Shown: positions 51,290-61,429 of the stretch, in pieces | Layout of the letters: the number at the start of each line of letters is the position of its first letter | How positions within the stretch are numbered: the first letter of the stretch is position 1 | DNA from: Eledone cirrhosa | Lineage: Eukaryota | Length of the DNA: 64,000 nucleotides | Reading direction: 5' to 3' | NCBI GenBank assembly: GCA_964016885.1 | Contig: OZ024744.1 | Span: 69,998,001 to 70,062,000 of the forward strand | Notes under the pieces: model-generated | What the model saw: only the letters and a program-made list of their open reading frames with translations | Database searches by the model: none | What the model was told of the DNA's origin: nothing | Position numbers and translations under genes: made by a program

Positions 51290-54196
51290 TTATATTACTG
51301 CATAGCTTACGAGGCCAATGCACCCTTCGCCCAGAACGGGTCGTAGTTCTGTATGTTGATGGGGGGGGGGGGGGGGGAGAGAAATAGGCGAATGTGGCAA
51401 AGAAAAAGAAGGGGGCATTTGAGTTTCAAGTGTCATTGTGTCATTGTCCAGGTTTGCTCGTTTGAGACGATCAACGGAAACCGTTTCCCTGGAACCCCGA
51501 ATGTCCAGTGTGAAATGTTTGTCTATGCGAGCAAGCACACGATAGGGTTCAGAGTACGGCCGTCGAAGAGGGGGTCGCACGGCGTCGTCTCTAACGAACA
51601 CATGTGTCCACAAGGCAATATCCCTTGGGACGGCAGTTTTTACAGTCTGCTTCCTAGTGCCCATCGGTGGTAGATCCTTGAAATAAGAGTGAAGCCGGGA
51701 CACGTAGGAAGCGGGGTCCTGCGAAGTCAGGTCAAAAGGGGCCAGCATTTGCCCCGGTAACGCCAGAGGAGTACCATAAACTAATTCGGCAGAGGAGAAC
51801 CCAAGGTCCACCTTTACCGTCGACCGAATACCCAACAATACAATAGGTAGGTACTCGCTCCAACGTGAAGAGTCCATGGAAGCCCTTAAGGAGGCTTTGA
51901 GTTGCCTGTGGAATCTTTCCACCATTCCGTTTGATGCTGGATGATATGCCGTGGTTCTTATGCGAGTAGCGCCAATAATTTGTGTTAATTCACGGAAGAG
52001 GTTCGATTCAAATTGACGACCGCAGTCTGTTGTTATTGTGGTTGGTACTCCAAAACGAGCGATCCATGCAGATACGAGAGTACGCGCTGTCGTTTCAGCA
52101 GTGATATCTGTCATAGGGATGGCTTCAGGCCAACGCGAAAAACGGTCAACGATCGTCAAAATATACGAATAACCACGACTAATCGGCCACGGGCCGACGA
52201 TGTCCACATGAATGTGACGAAATCTGGCATCAGGACAGGTGAAAGTTCCGAGAGGAGTTTTAACGTGCTTATAAACTTTTGACTTTTGGCAAGCGACACA
52301 GGAACGGCACCAAGCAGCAATGTCACGTCTCATATCAGGCCAGAACAATCTGGCTGTTATGAGTTTTACTGAGGCTGATACTCCAGGGTGAGAAATGCCA
52401 TGTAAAGCGAGAAACACAGTTCGTCGATGTTCCACTGGGACTAGAGGTCGAGGTGAGTCCAACGAAACATCACACAGGATTTGTCCGTCAGCCGTTGAGA
52501 TCGGAATGTATTTCAGTTTGCAATGTACAAACTCCGGCGATGTAACATCCAATGATTCGAGAGTGGGTTGAGCAGCTGCCATTCGATGTAAATCTATCTC
52601 CTCGGAAGACGAAATCGATGCGATCGGCAGGCGAGACAGCGCATCGGCCGCTGTATTCAAAGAACCCGGAATATGTTGAATGTCGTTCGTGAACTGTGAG
52701 ATGAAGTCCAGATGTCTCGTTTCTCTGGGCGAGTATTTGTCTGCTTTAGTTCGAAGAGCAAACGTCAAAGGTTTATGATCAGTGAAAATAGTGAACATTC
52801 TACCTTCAAGTACATGAGCAAAATGTTTCACTGATAAATAAATTGCTAATAGCTCCCTGCCAAAGGTGCTATAGCGAGTTTCGGCAGGTTTTAACTTTCT
52901 CGAAAAGAACTCGAGTGGTTGCTGTAACCCCTCACACTTCTGCTGTAAGACTGCGCCCACGGCGCTATCCGAAGCATCAACACAGAGCGACAGCTCGGCG
53001 TTGGGCATGGGGTGGGCGAGCAAAGATGCAGTCGTTGACGCTTTCTTCACTTTCTCAAAATCCGCCAGGTGCGTTGCATTTAATGAAATGTTCATATTCT
53101 TCCGTCGACAGTTTTTAAAAATTTCTGTCGACGAGGACAGTAAGCTGGAACAATTAGGCACGAATCGCCTATAAAAATTCACAAGGCCCAAGAATTGCCG
53201 TAATTGTCGAAGCGAACTTGGCGGAGGCAAATCCAAAATTGCCTTAACTTTTTCCGGAAGGGGCCGAATACCATCAGCATCAATAAGATGGCCCAAAAAT
53301 GTTAGCGATGTCGAGCCGAAAACACACTTAGCGGCATTAACACGAACATTATATTTCTGTAAACGCAGAAATAAGATATCCAGATGTTTGGAATGTTGTT
53401 CAGGAGAAGAACTAGCAATCAGTACATCATCGATATACGTGTAAACAAAATCGAGACCACGAGTGACATCATCCATGAATCGTTGGAAAGTACTTGCAGC
53501 ATTTCTAAGTCCGAAAGGCATAGTGAGGAACTCGAATGATCCGAAAGGAGTGGCAATAGCAGTCTTTGGAATATACTCCTTTTTAACCGGAATTTGATTA
53601 TAAGCGCGGATCAAATCAAGCTTAGAAAAGATTCTGCAACCCTGCAATGACGATGCAAAATCCTGTAAATGCGGGATTGGATAACGGTCAGGCACAGTAA
53701 TCGCGTTTAAGCGTCGGTAGTCATCCGTCGGTCTCCAATCACCAGAAGATTTAAGTACCATATGCAAAGGCGATGCCCAAGGACTTGTGGAACGCCGAAT
53801 TATTCCTAATTCCAGCATGTGGTCGAATTCAAGACGTGCAGCTTTCAACTTCTCTGCAGATAATCTTCGAGGACGTGAGAAAACGGGTGGACCTGTAGTG
53901 GATATAAAGTGTTCAATCACATGATCCGGACTAGCAATTCGTAATCTTCCTTGCGTCAGCTGTGGGAATGATTTTAACAAACTGTGATACTGGTTGCCCA
54001 CTTCAGCCAAGAAAAAAGCAGGGCTTACTGTGGCGATCTCCGGCTTTGAACTCTCGAACGATAGGCCTGTATTAGCATCAAAAAGTTGTTGTCTGCGGAT
54101 GTCAATCGACAAGGAAAAATGGTGGAGGAAATCCGCTCCCAAAATGGCGTATGGCAAGTCGGCGATAGTAAACTTCCACTTCAATTCACGACGCAA
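51290..54196 (-). CDS. pol: Gypsy Pol: C-terminal protease part, RT, RNase H, integrase
   Basis: [115 protein letters not shown]. Confidence 0.97.
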   Translation of the reverse strand: MRRELKWKFTIADLPYAILGADFLHHFSLSIDIRRQQLFDANTGLSFESSKPEIATVSPAFFLAEVGNQYHSLLKSFPQLTQGRLRIASPDHVIEHFISTTGPPVFSRPRRLSAEKLKAARLEFDHMLELGIIRRSTSPWASPLHMVLKSSGDWRPTDDYRRLNAITVPDRYPIPHLQDFASSLQGCRIFSKLDLIRAYNQIPVKKEYIPKTAIATPFGSFEFLTMPFGLRNAASTFQRFMDDVTRGLDFVYTYIDDVLIASSSPEQHSKHLDILFLRLQKYNVRVNAAKCVFGSTSLTFLGHLIDADGIRPLPEKVKAILDLPPPSSLRQLRQFLGLVNFYRRFVPNCSSLLSSSTEIFKNCRRKNMNISLNATHLADFEKVKKASTTASLLAHPMPNAELSLCVDASDSAVGAVLQQKCEGLQQPLEFFSRKLKPAETRYSTFGRELLAIYLSVKHFAHVLEGRMFTIFTDHKPLTFALRTKADKYSPRETRHLDFISQFTNDIQHIPGSLNTAADALSRLPIASISSSEEIDLHRMAAAQPTLESLDVTSPEFVHCKLKYIPISTADGQILCDVSLDSPRPLVPVEHRRTVFLALHGISHPGVSASVKLITARLFWPDMRRDIAAWCRSCVACQKSKVYKHVKTPLGTFTCPDARFRHIHVDIVGPWPISRGYSYILTIVDRFSRWPEAIPMTDITAETTARTLVSAWIARFGVPTTITTDCGRQFESNLFRELTQIIGATRIRTTAYHPASNGMVERFHRQLKASLRASMDSSRWSEYLPIVLLGIRSTVKVDLGFSSAELVYGTPLALPGQMLAPFDLTSQDPASYVSRLHSYFKDLPPMGTRKQTVKTAVPRDIALWTHVFVRDDAVRPPLRRPYSEPYRVLARIDKHFTLDIRGSRETVSVDRLKRANLDNDTMTLETQMPPSFSLPHSPISLPPPPPHQHTELRPVLGEGCIGLVSYAVI

Positions 54197-54419
54197 ATTT
54201 TTAAACCGAAGAGGAAGCGAAATTTTCCCGTACGTTCGAATGGCCGTGTTGTTGATTGCTCGTAAATTGATATTTGATTCAGATGGGGTTTTTTTAAGAT
54301 AACTGACTGGCCAAATACTTAGTGACGCGCCAGTGCGACAAGAAAAAATTATTTTGACAGCAGATCGTACACAAAAAGATGACGGTTTGGTCGAGTTTCC
54401 CAGAGTTCACTAGCCGCCC

Positions 54420-55196
54420 CTAGTGGCTCTGATTGGCGTTTTCCGAACTCCTATAGTTGCAAGGCGCCCGACAGCCAATGTTAACATGATACCAACAAAT
54501 CGAAGAATTACTGCTGCCTGAAGTGTAGTGTTGGCGAGGAACAGAAGACGGTGGCGAACGGTACTCGTAGCGGTTTCGAGGAATAGCAGACGGAGGCGAA
54601 CGGTACCTTAAACGTTGAGAAGGCTCTCTATGTTGTACAGTCAAATCTTCTACCTTTTTGGTGAGAGCTTTAATCAACTCGAACAGTTTGCTGTCGGCCA
54701 CATAAGGATTATGCCGATTGCTGTTCGAGTCCACCTCAAGTATTCTATCCGCGAACGCGGCAAGTTGCTCTAACGACTCCCTCTCCAAACTATTAATCAA
54801 AATCCTTTGCGCACTTGGCGGTAAACGTGAGAAAAAGAGCTGCTTTATGAAGGGGGTGTCAATCCCCTGGGAGTCGCTCAACTCCCGCAAATGTCGCAAA
54901 TAGGAGCTCGGCTTCCTGTCACCCATTTGAGCATCGTCCAACAACTCCTGAAAACGACTCTCTACCGACTTAGTATTTCTCCGAAGAATTTCGTTTTTTA
55001 ATGAGCCGTAGGTAACGTCGGCGTCCAAATCTGTCACAACGTCCTTCACCGAGAATGCCAAGGAAACAGGTAGGCCATTGATCAGGACCTTCAGCTTTTG
55101 CTGTTCTTTTGTCTTGGTTAATTCAAAGAAACATTCCAGCTGCGCAAACCACAACTTGATGTCGCCTGCGAAGGACGGCAAATGATGTTGACTCAT
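54420..55196 (-). CDS. gag: Gypsy Gag-like protein
   Basis: LPSFAGDIKLWFAQLECFF...MGDRKPSSYLRHLREL...ICWYH motifs of invertebrate Gypsy Gag; lies upstream of pol. Confidence 0.88.
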   Translation of the reverse strand: MSQHHLPSFAGDIKLWFAQLECFFELTKTKEQQKLKVLINGLPVSLAFSVKDVVTDLDADVTYGSLKNEILRRNTKSVESRFQELLDDAQMGDRKPSSYLRHLRELSDSQGIDTPFIKQLFFSRLPPSAQRILINSLERESLEQLAAFADRILEVDSNSNRHNPYVADSKLFELIKALTKKVEDLTVQHREPSQRLRYRSPPSAIPRNRYEYRSPPSSVPRQHYTSGSSNSSICWYHVNIGCRAPCNYRSSENANQSH

Positions 55197-56063
55197 GGTG
55201 CCACGTATTTGATGAATTCTTGGTGTTGGTTAATAGTTAGCCAGGTGTTGCTGCTGATGGCTGGTACTTGGTGGTAACCGTTTTGAAATACTGCTCATTT
55301 TTTTCTTTAAAAAAAAATTCTAAAGAAAATTTGATTAAAAGAAAAATCATTTTCCATGAAAGTTATGACAGAAATATTGTGCAGGCCGCGTGCTTCAACA
55401 AATGGAATATTATGAATTTTATGGACTTATGCTAAGTGAGTCTAGCTACCCGATTCGAACATTCCAAATGTTAAGCCATTCCACATTGCCGTTAAAACGA
55501 ATGGCGAATTCAAATAGGCTGCGTTTTCATACTTAATCGTCGAAGGTCACCAATTTAGGGAATTGGTCACAGGGTTATTTACTTTGGTAAACGCCACTGC
55601 AGGCCAACCACTAATTAAATTCGATACAAATATAATAAGGTTAACAAACTTACTCGTGAGTGAACTGACGGAGAGCCGGTCGCCAAATAATCAGCATGGT
55701 AAATTAAATGTTATTGAGACACGAGTAACAGCAGAAATTAGAGATGAAATGTATGTTTATTTTTGTTGTAGCACAAATAATGTTGGTTAACTTGTATGGT
55801 TGAAGTTACACATAAAAGTGAGGTTACAAAAGGGAATGTGCCATTGCGCCGGAAAGTCGGCAGGTTAAGGTGCAAAATCTCACCGTCACATGCACGTGTT
55901 GCTGGTTCGAAGTCCCAGGTGCGAGAGAGAGATTTTCTTCAAATATTCGCGGGTAATTTCTCTCTCAGGACGCGTAGGGATACATCCTCTTCTGCTGGCG
56001 CTGATTGGCTGAGCTGAGCCAAATCACGCACAGAGAATGCATGTGAGCCCGCGGAATGTAGGT

Positions 56064-56111
<48 letters not shown>

Positions 56112-56517
56112 CAGACGTGTGGCTGAGTGGTTAGAGAATTGGATTCGCAATCGTGAGGTTGTGGGTTCGATTCTTGGACCGGGCGATGCGTTATGTCCTT
56201 GAGCAACACACTTTATTTCACGTTCCTCCTTCTACCTGGAGTTGCGACCGATAGATAGTACTAGCAATTGGAAAGACCAACGGAAACATGGTTTCCTCGG
56301 TCCGATTTGACGAAAGTCGATCGATTAAAAAAAAATATATATATATTGATTCTGTTTTCCTATGATTTTTATCGTAAATTTTTCAATGCATCTTCTCTTT
56401 TCATGATATCTTCTATATTTGGATTACATTGAGTTCTTCATACGGATTGGACACTACCGTATATTTTGGTAGATTTATCTACACACACACATATATTTAT
56501 ATGGGATAACAAGTTAT

Positions 56518-57371
56518 CAATGATTATTTACATACATGACCTCCTTTCCAACACGAGAGACATACAGAAACATATGTATATATTGATGCACAGTGGGTTG
56601 ACATCCATTATAATATTTTAGCATGGCAATTTACATTCAAAGATTAAAGTCATATTAAAAGAAAACAAAATTAAAGTTAAAATACAACATTGGCAGTTTA
56701 CGAAGATAATGCAAGAGGATAGTTAGAAGTAGTTAGTGTATGCAATAGTTACACGTGGGGCATGCACGTGTGTCTTATTTATATAAGATTATAGTGCGAC
56801 AGGGTGTTATATGTAATACAAGCACTTTAAGCGGGCAATCAAGCATCCAATATTGAATCATCGTAGATTATGTGAAGGACATATAATCTATATATTACGT
56901 TTCCTGGATTGTGAAAATGGTGGTGTATACGAAAACCATAACATTGTTTTGCTTCTCATTTTTAATATTTTTAATATTTCTCTGCACACAAGCTTCTATA
57001 TCATACATATAAAAAATACTTTACCAATACAACCCCCATAATACTCTTGATTGCCCGCTTAAAGTGCTTGTATTACATGTAACACCCTGTCGCACTATAA
57101 TCTTATATAAATAAGACACACGTGCATGCCCCACGGGTAACTATTGCATACACTAACTACTTCTAACTATCCTCTTGCATTATCTTCTTAAACTGCCAAT
57201 GTTGTATTTTAACTTTAATTTTGTTTTCTTTTAATATGTCTTTAATCTTTGAATGTAAATTGCCATGCTAAAATATTATAATGGATGTCAACCCACTGTG
57301 CATCAATATATACATATGTTTCTGTATGTCTCTTGTGTTGGAAAGGAGGTCATGCATGTAAACAATCATTG
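56518..57371. repeat. Long inverted repeat (about 325-bp arms, about 200-bp spacer)
   Basis: 56518-56843 is mirrored by 57046-57371; a hammerhead follows immediately. Confidence 0.92.
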
Positions 57372-57376
57372 AAAAA

Positions 57377-57425
57377 TTGCTCCGAAGACTCCAAACCTCG
57401 GTTTGGAAGAAACAATTGTAAGCGA
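57377..57425 (+). ncRNA. Minimal hammerhead ribozyme (core variant CCGAAGA)
   Basis: TTGCT CCGAAGA CTCCAAACC-tc-GGTTTGGAA GAAA CAATTG TA AGCGA. Confidence 0.7.
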
Positions 57426-57624
57426 ATAAATGGTTTGAACAGAACTTTGATTCATGTAATTTCTATATAACTGCTCTGTAGAACAACTGATGTTATTACA
57501 TTGAGCTATTTATCTTACTGGTAATAAGGTAGTAATAAATTACTGTCTTTCACTATTTAGGGTTTAAAATATATATAACTATAAAAGGTTTTAGTATATA
57601 CATAACCATAAATAGTATCCTTAA

Positions 57625-57655
<31 letters not shown>

Positions 57656-57679
57656 ATGTATATATATATATATATATAC

Positions 57680-58405
57680 CATGCTGTCTAACGAATGTTA
57701 TTACTCTGAGCTTTCTCATGGAGTACTTGTTGGCTGCATAAATCCCTGATTGTATTTCGTTGGCTTCGCTACACCCGAAGCTTCAATTTTACTAAACTTC
57801 CATTTGTATTTTTATTTCCTAGGCCTAATAATTAATTAATTAATTTAATTAGACAATTCCATTTAGTGATTAATTATTTATGTTTGTTTAATAACGCCTG
57901 GTCGAGTGCTTCTCATTCAGTTTATGCAGGGAACACGCTTACCTTGATCATATTTTGAATTTGCCTGCTAAAAACCCGGGGTTATTTCTCTTGCTGGGAA
58001 AAAGCACGTGATAGTTGAGGCATAACCGCTGCTAACAACACTGGTTTACTACTTCTTAACACATCGGGTCAAGGCACAGAACGGAAACCTGTTGATACCA
58101 TGAATCCACAGTTCAAAAACTTGTATACTTGCGCAAGTAGGATTGTTGATTTTTGATTCATAGAAACCTATCGGAGAAACGACGATCTGCCTCTGAGATG
58201 GTCCAGGTTTGTATTATTAACCTGTTGGTTTTATCGTTGTTTCGGTGTCGTGGCTAGGCTGCCACAGTTTTCAATTTGTCATGCCGTCTAACGAATGATA
58301 TTACTCTGAGATTCCTCATTGAGTGCTTGGCTGCACAATTCCTGATTGTATTTCGTTGGCTTCGCTACAGCCGAAGCTTCGATTTTACTAAACTTCTATT
58401 TGTAT
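57680..58405. repeat. Element with direct terminal repeats of about 128 bp (57680-57808, 58280-58405) between TA arrays
   Basis: CATGC(T/C)GTCTAACGAATG...GTTGGCTTCGCTACA...TTTTACTAAACTTC.ATTTGTAT occurs twice. Confidence 0.8.
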
Positions 58406-58675
58406 ATATATATAAATGGAAAAGAATGAAACAAAATTTCATTTCTCACTCTTAGTGCGGCTGTTACTTATGTATAAGTATATATATACGTACATATGTA
58501 TACAGACGTACAGTAGTATGTATATATATACATACATGCACACATATATATATGTTCGTATGGGTTTACCGAACATTTATTATAATGCTCGGTTTGTTTG
58601 TAAACAAACAGCCCGAATTAAGCCGTACAGTGTTTAGCAACCATCGTTGCCCTTTTGTTCAACACTGACAAAGGA

Positions 58676-58718
58676 ACGCTGTACTAGTTTCGAGCTTATT
58701 AGCTATCGTCAGCATCGT
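58676..58718 (-). ncRNA. Minimal hammerhead ribozyme (CTAG family, copy 2)
   Basis: Minus strand: ACGATG CTGACGA TAGCT-aata-AGCTC GAAA CTAG TA CAGCGT. Confidence 0.8.
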
Positions 58719-58790
58719 ATACCTTCCTGCCAGATGATTGAACGTCTGAAAGTATATAATCATCTGGCAGGAAGGTATGTCCTGGATTTT

Positions 58791-58848
58791 TTCATTCTGA
58801 TGAATGAAAGCAATGTTGGTTGCTTTCAAGAAACCACTGGTAAATGAA
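58791..58848 (+). ncRNA. Type I hammerhead ribozyme (CCACTGG family, copy 1)
   Basis: TTCATT CTGATGA ATGAAAGCAA-tgttgg-TTGCTTTCAA GAAA CCACTGG TA AATGAA. 6-bp stem I, 9-bp stem II. Confidence 0.88.
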
Positions 58849-58881
58849 ATAATTATCTTATGTTGTTTATTACATAACTAA

Positions 58882-58943
<62 letters not shown>

Positions 58944-59066
58944 CAAAATGTTAATAAATGAAAAATATTCTCATAATTAAAATATATATTTTATCATACA
59001 TATTCAATTCCAGTATTGGAATTGAATAATCAAAACCGTAGCGGTATGTCACATATTAAATCTTAT

Positions 59067-59130
59067 ATTTTGTCTGATGAAAACGTACTTAAACACCATT
59101 GTATCTTTGAAATCTAAACTATAATAAAGT
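59067..59130 (+). ncRNA. Type I hammerhead ribozyme (ATTTTAT family variant)
   Basis: ATTTTGT CTGATGA AAACGTAC-ttaaacaccatt-GTATCTTT GAAA TCTAAACTA TA ATAAAGT. Confidence 0.75.
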
Positions 59131-59603
59131 AACGAGCGCGGGACTGCGTACGGTTTATAATTTTTGATCCCATTAGTAAAATAAGTTGGATTACTTTGAA
59201 TAAATAATGAATGAATATTACATAATTTATCTACTAAATTTCGTGGCTGTTCATTAAATATATTTTATAACTTATTTAAAGATTCAGTTTTTTTAAATGT
59301 TCAAATGTCAACACTTCCGATTAGCGGTCGCTTAAATAAATATTCATATATTTCTGTCACTAATGTTCTCCCAATGTGGTATTTAGTCACTTTTGTATTT
59401 ATTTTTATTTATTTATTTTTTATTTTATTTTTTTTATGGAAGATAGATAATATTAGAGAAAAGCAATGAAGAATGACATGATGCTGACATGATGTGTGTT
59501 TTTATTTTATTTTTCCTTTCCTTCTTCCTTTTCCAGCCTCACTTTCATATAGATTGCATTTTTGTTTTTAAAATCCAACGTCAATAAATACACCAGGATT
59601 TTC

Positions 59604-59660
59604 TCATTCTGATGATTGAAAGCAACATTTTTTTGCTTTTAAGAAACCACTGGTAAATGA
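59604..59660 (+). ncRNA. Type I hammerhead ribozyme (CCACTGG family, copy 2)
   Basis: TCATT CTGATGA TTGAAAGCAA-cattttt-TTGCTTTTAA GAAA CCACTGG TA AATGA. Confidence 0.88.
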
Positions 59661-59907
59661 TATAATTGCCTTATGTTGTTTATTACATAACTATTAAGCT
59701 CTGTTACCTACATAGAGCACTCTTTTTTCCTGGACTTTTCCGACGGAATTACTTCACATATATATATATATACAAATGTTAGTACAGCATCAACGAAGCT
59801 TTTGGCTGCGGCCAAGCTAACGAATGCAGCTTAGCACTCGATGGGGAATATTACCCTAGAGTTATAACAATACGTTTAGAGAGCTTTGTAAATCAAATAT
59901 AGCGACC

Positions 59908-60086
<179 letters not shown>

Positions 60087-60137
60087 GAAAAAGTGAAGAA
60101 TAACATGGTCAACAGTACAAAAAAGGGGAATTTTTTT

Positions 60138-60249
60138 ACAGTCTAACAATTGTTTCTCTGATTAAGTTGTCTAAAAATTGATGAACACTAGAAGCAGTGC
60201 CACTCAATTTTAAATACAATGTTAGCTCAATCAGAACATCAGAGACTAT
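60138..60249 (-). ncRNA. Degenerate hammerhead with very long stem II
   Basis: Minus strand: ATAGTCT CTGATGT TCTGATTGAG...CTTAATCAGA GAAA CAATTG TT AGACTGT. Core A9 and the cleavage triplet are mutated. Confidence 0.6.
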
Positions 60250-60395
60250 TACAAAAAATATATAACCGGCAAATCTACAAACTCACCATCTACGTAAACC
60301 TCTTGTTGAGTCAAACAACGCCGTACGCTAAAACTATATCCATAATAAGTATTCACAACCTCTAACTGGATTACCTATAACGATATTTTGTTATC

Positions 60396-60474
<79 letters not shown>

Positions 60475-60494
60475 TTCAAAATATTAATAAATAT

Positions 60495-60558
60495 ATTTTA
60501 TTATACATATTTCAGAGATACTGAGCTATTTCAACAGTACGTCCTCATCAGATAAAAT
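60495..60558 (-). ncRNA. Type I hammerhead ribozyme (ATTTTAT family)
   Basis: ATTTTAT CTGATGA GGACGTACTG-ttgaaatagct-CAGTATCTCT GAAA TATGTA TA ATAAAAT. Confidence 0.85.
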
Positions 60559-60911
60559 AAGTTGATGCCTGACATACCTTGACTATGTTGATGGTTATAA
60601 TTTAGTCATGGCAGTGATTAGTTATGACAAAACTCAATATTTATATACCTTAAGTTGAAACATGAAAAATTACATATAATACAGAGGGTGCGTATGAGAA
60701 TGTGTAAAAAGATATATAAATAATTAACAATATATAATACATAAACTTCTATAACTGTTAAAAATTTAAATAATAATAATATATTCATACCTCATTATTG
60801 TTGATAGTGTAAGTGAGAGATCGAGATAGCAAATCATGAGGAAAGAGTTTTGTCATAACTAATCACTGCCATGACTAAATTATAACCATCAACATAGCCA
60901 AGCATCAACTT

Positions 60912-60975
60912 ATTTTATCTGATGAGGAAGTACTGCTGAAATAGCTCAGTATCTCTGAAATATGTATAATAAAAT
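60912..60975 (+). ncRNA. Type I hammerhead ribozyme (ATTTTAT family, mirror copy)
   Basis: ATTTTAT CTGATGA GGAAGTACTG-ctgaaatagct-CAGTATCTCT GAAA TATGTA TA ATAAAAT. Confidence 0.85.
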
Positions 60976-61429
60976 ATATTTGATCACATGAATGTCTATA
61001 TTTATTAATATTTTGAACTAATATATTAATAACTCCAGAAAACTTCTTGTAGAGTGCTTATAATCTATTGTGAAACTTTATTCATTGATGAATTCATTGA
61101 ACCTTGTTAAACTTTTAATTATATATATATATAGTAATAATAATAAATTTGAAGACTAAAATCCAAAGAGGGCTCAATAGGGATAAATATATATCAAATA
61201 TATAAGAACCGTAGAGCAAATATTTATTAAAATAACAGATTAAAATTTAAGCAAAGAATCGCAGCTTTCACCCTTAACGGGATCTTCTGAAACTAAAAAA
61301 ATCAGTGAGCGCAGAAGTAAAACAAATATTTATATCCCAGACAGAAATGTTAACTTTTATTTCTATATACTTTTTTTAATATAATTGTCTGCTGGTGGAT
61401 TTTGTATTTCGCTCTATATCTTCACCATC

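Larger units (their letters stand above)
50379..56070 (-). mobile_element. Near full-length Ty3/Gypsy LTR retrotransposon inserted in (TA)n
   Basis: 5' LTR 55554-56070, 3' LTR 50379-50912, PBS TGGTGACCTTCGACG (tRNA-Trp-like) next to the 5' LTR, PPT AGAAGGGGGG next to the 3' LTR, gag and pol ORFs. Confidence 0.97.
60468..61025. repeat. Long inverted repeat (about 170-bp arms) next to (TA)n, with a hammerhead in each arm
   Basis: 60468-60635 is mirrored by 60845-61025 with small indels. Confidence 0.9.

Noticed and set aside
56113-56185. tRNA-like sequence with A and B boxes
   Set aside because: It continues into the SINE family B body and the acceptor stem does not pair, so it is a SINE head and not a tRNA gene.
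61140-61205. Possible additional hammerhead (TTGAAGA...TATATA TC)
   Set aside because: GAAA core and stems are not convincingly present.
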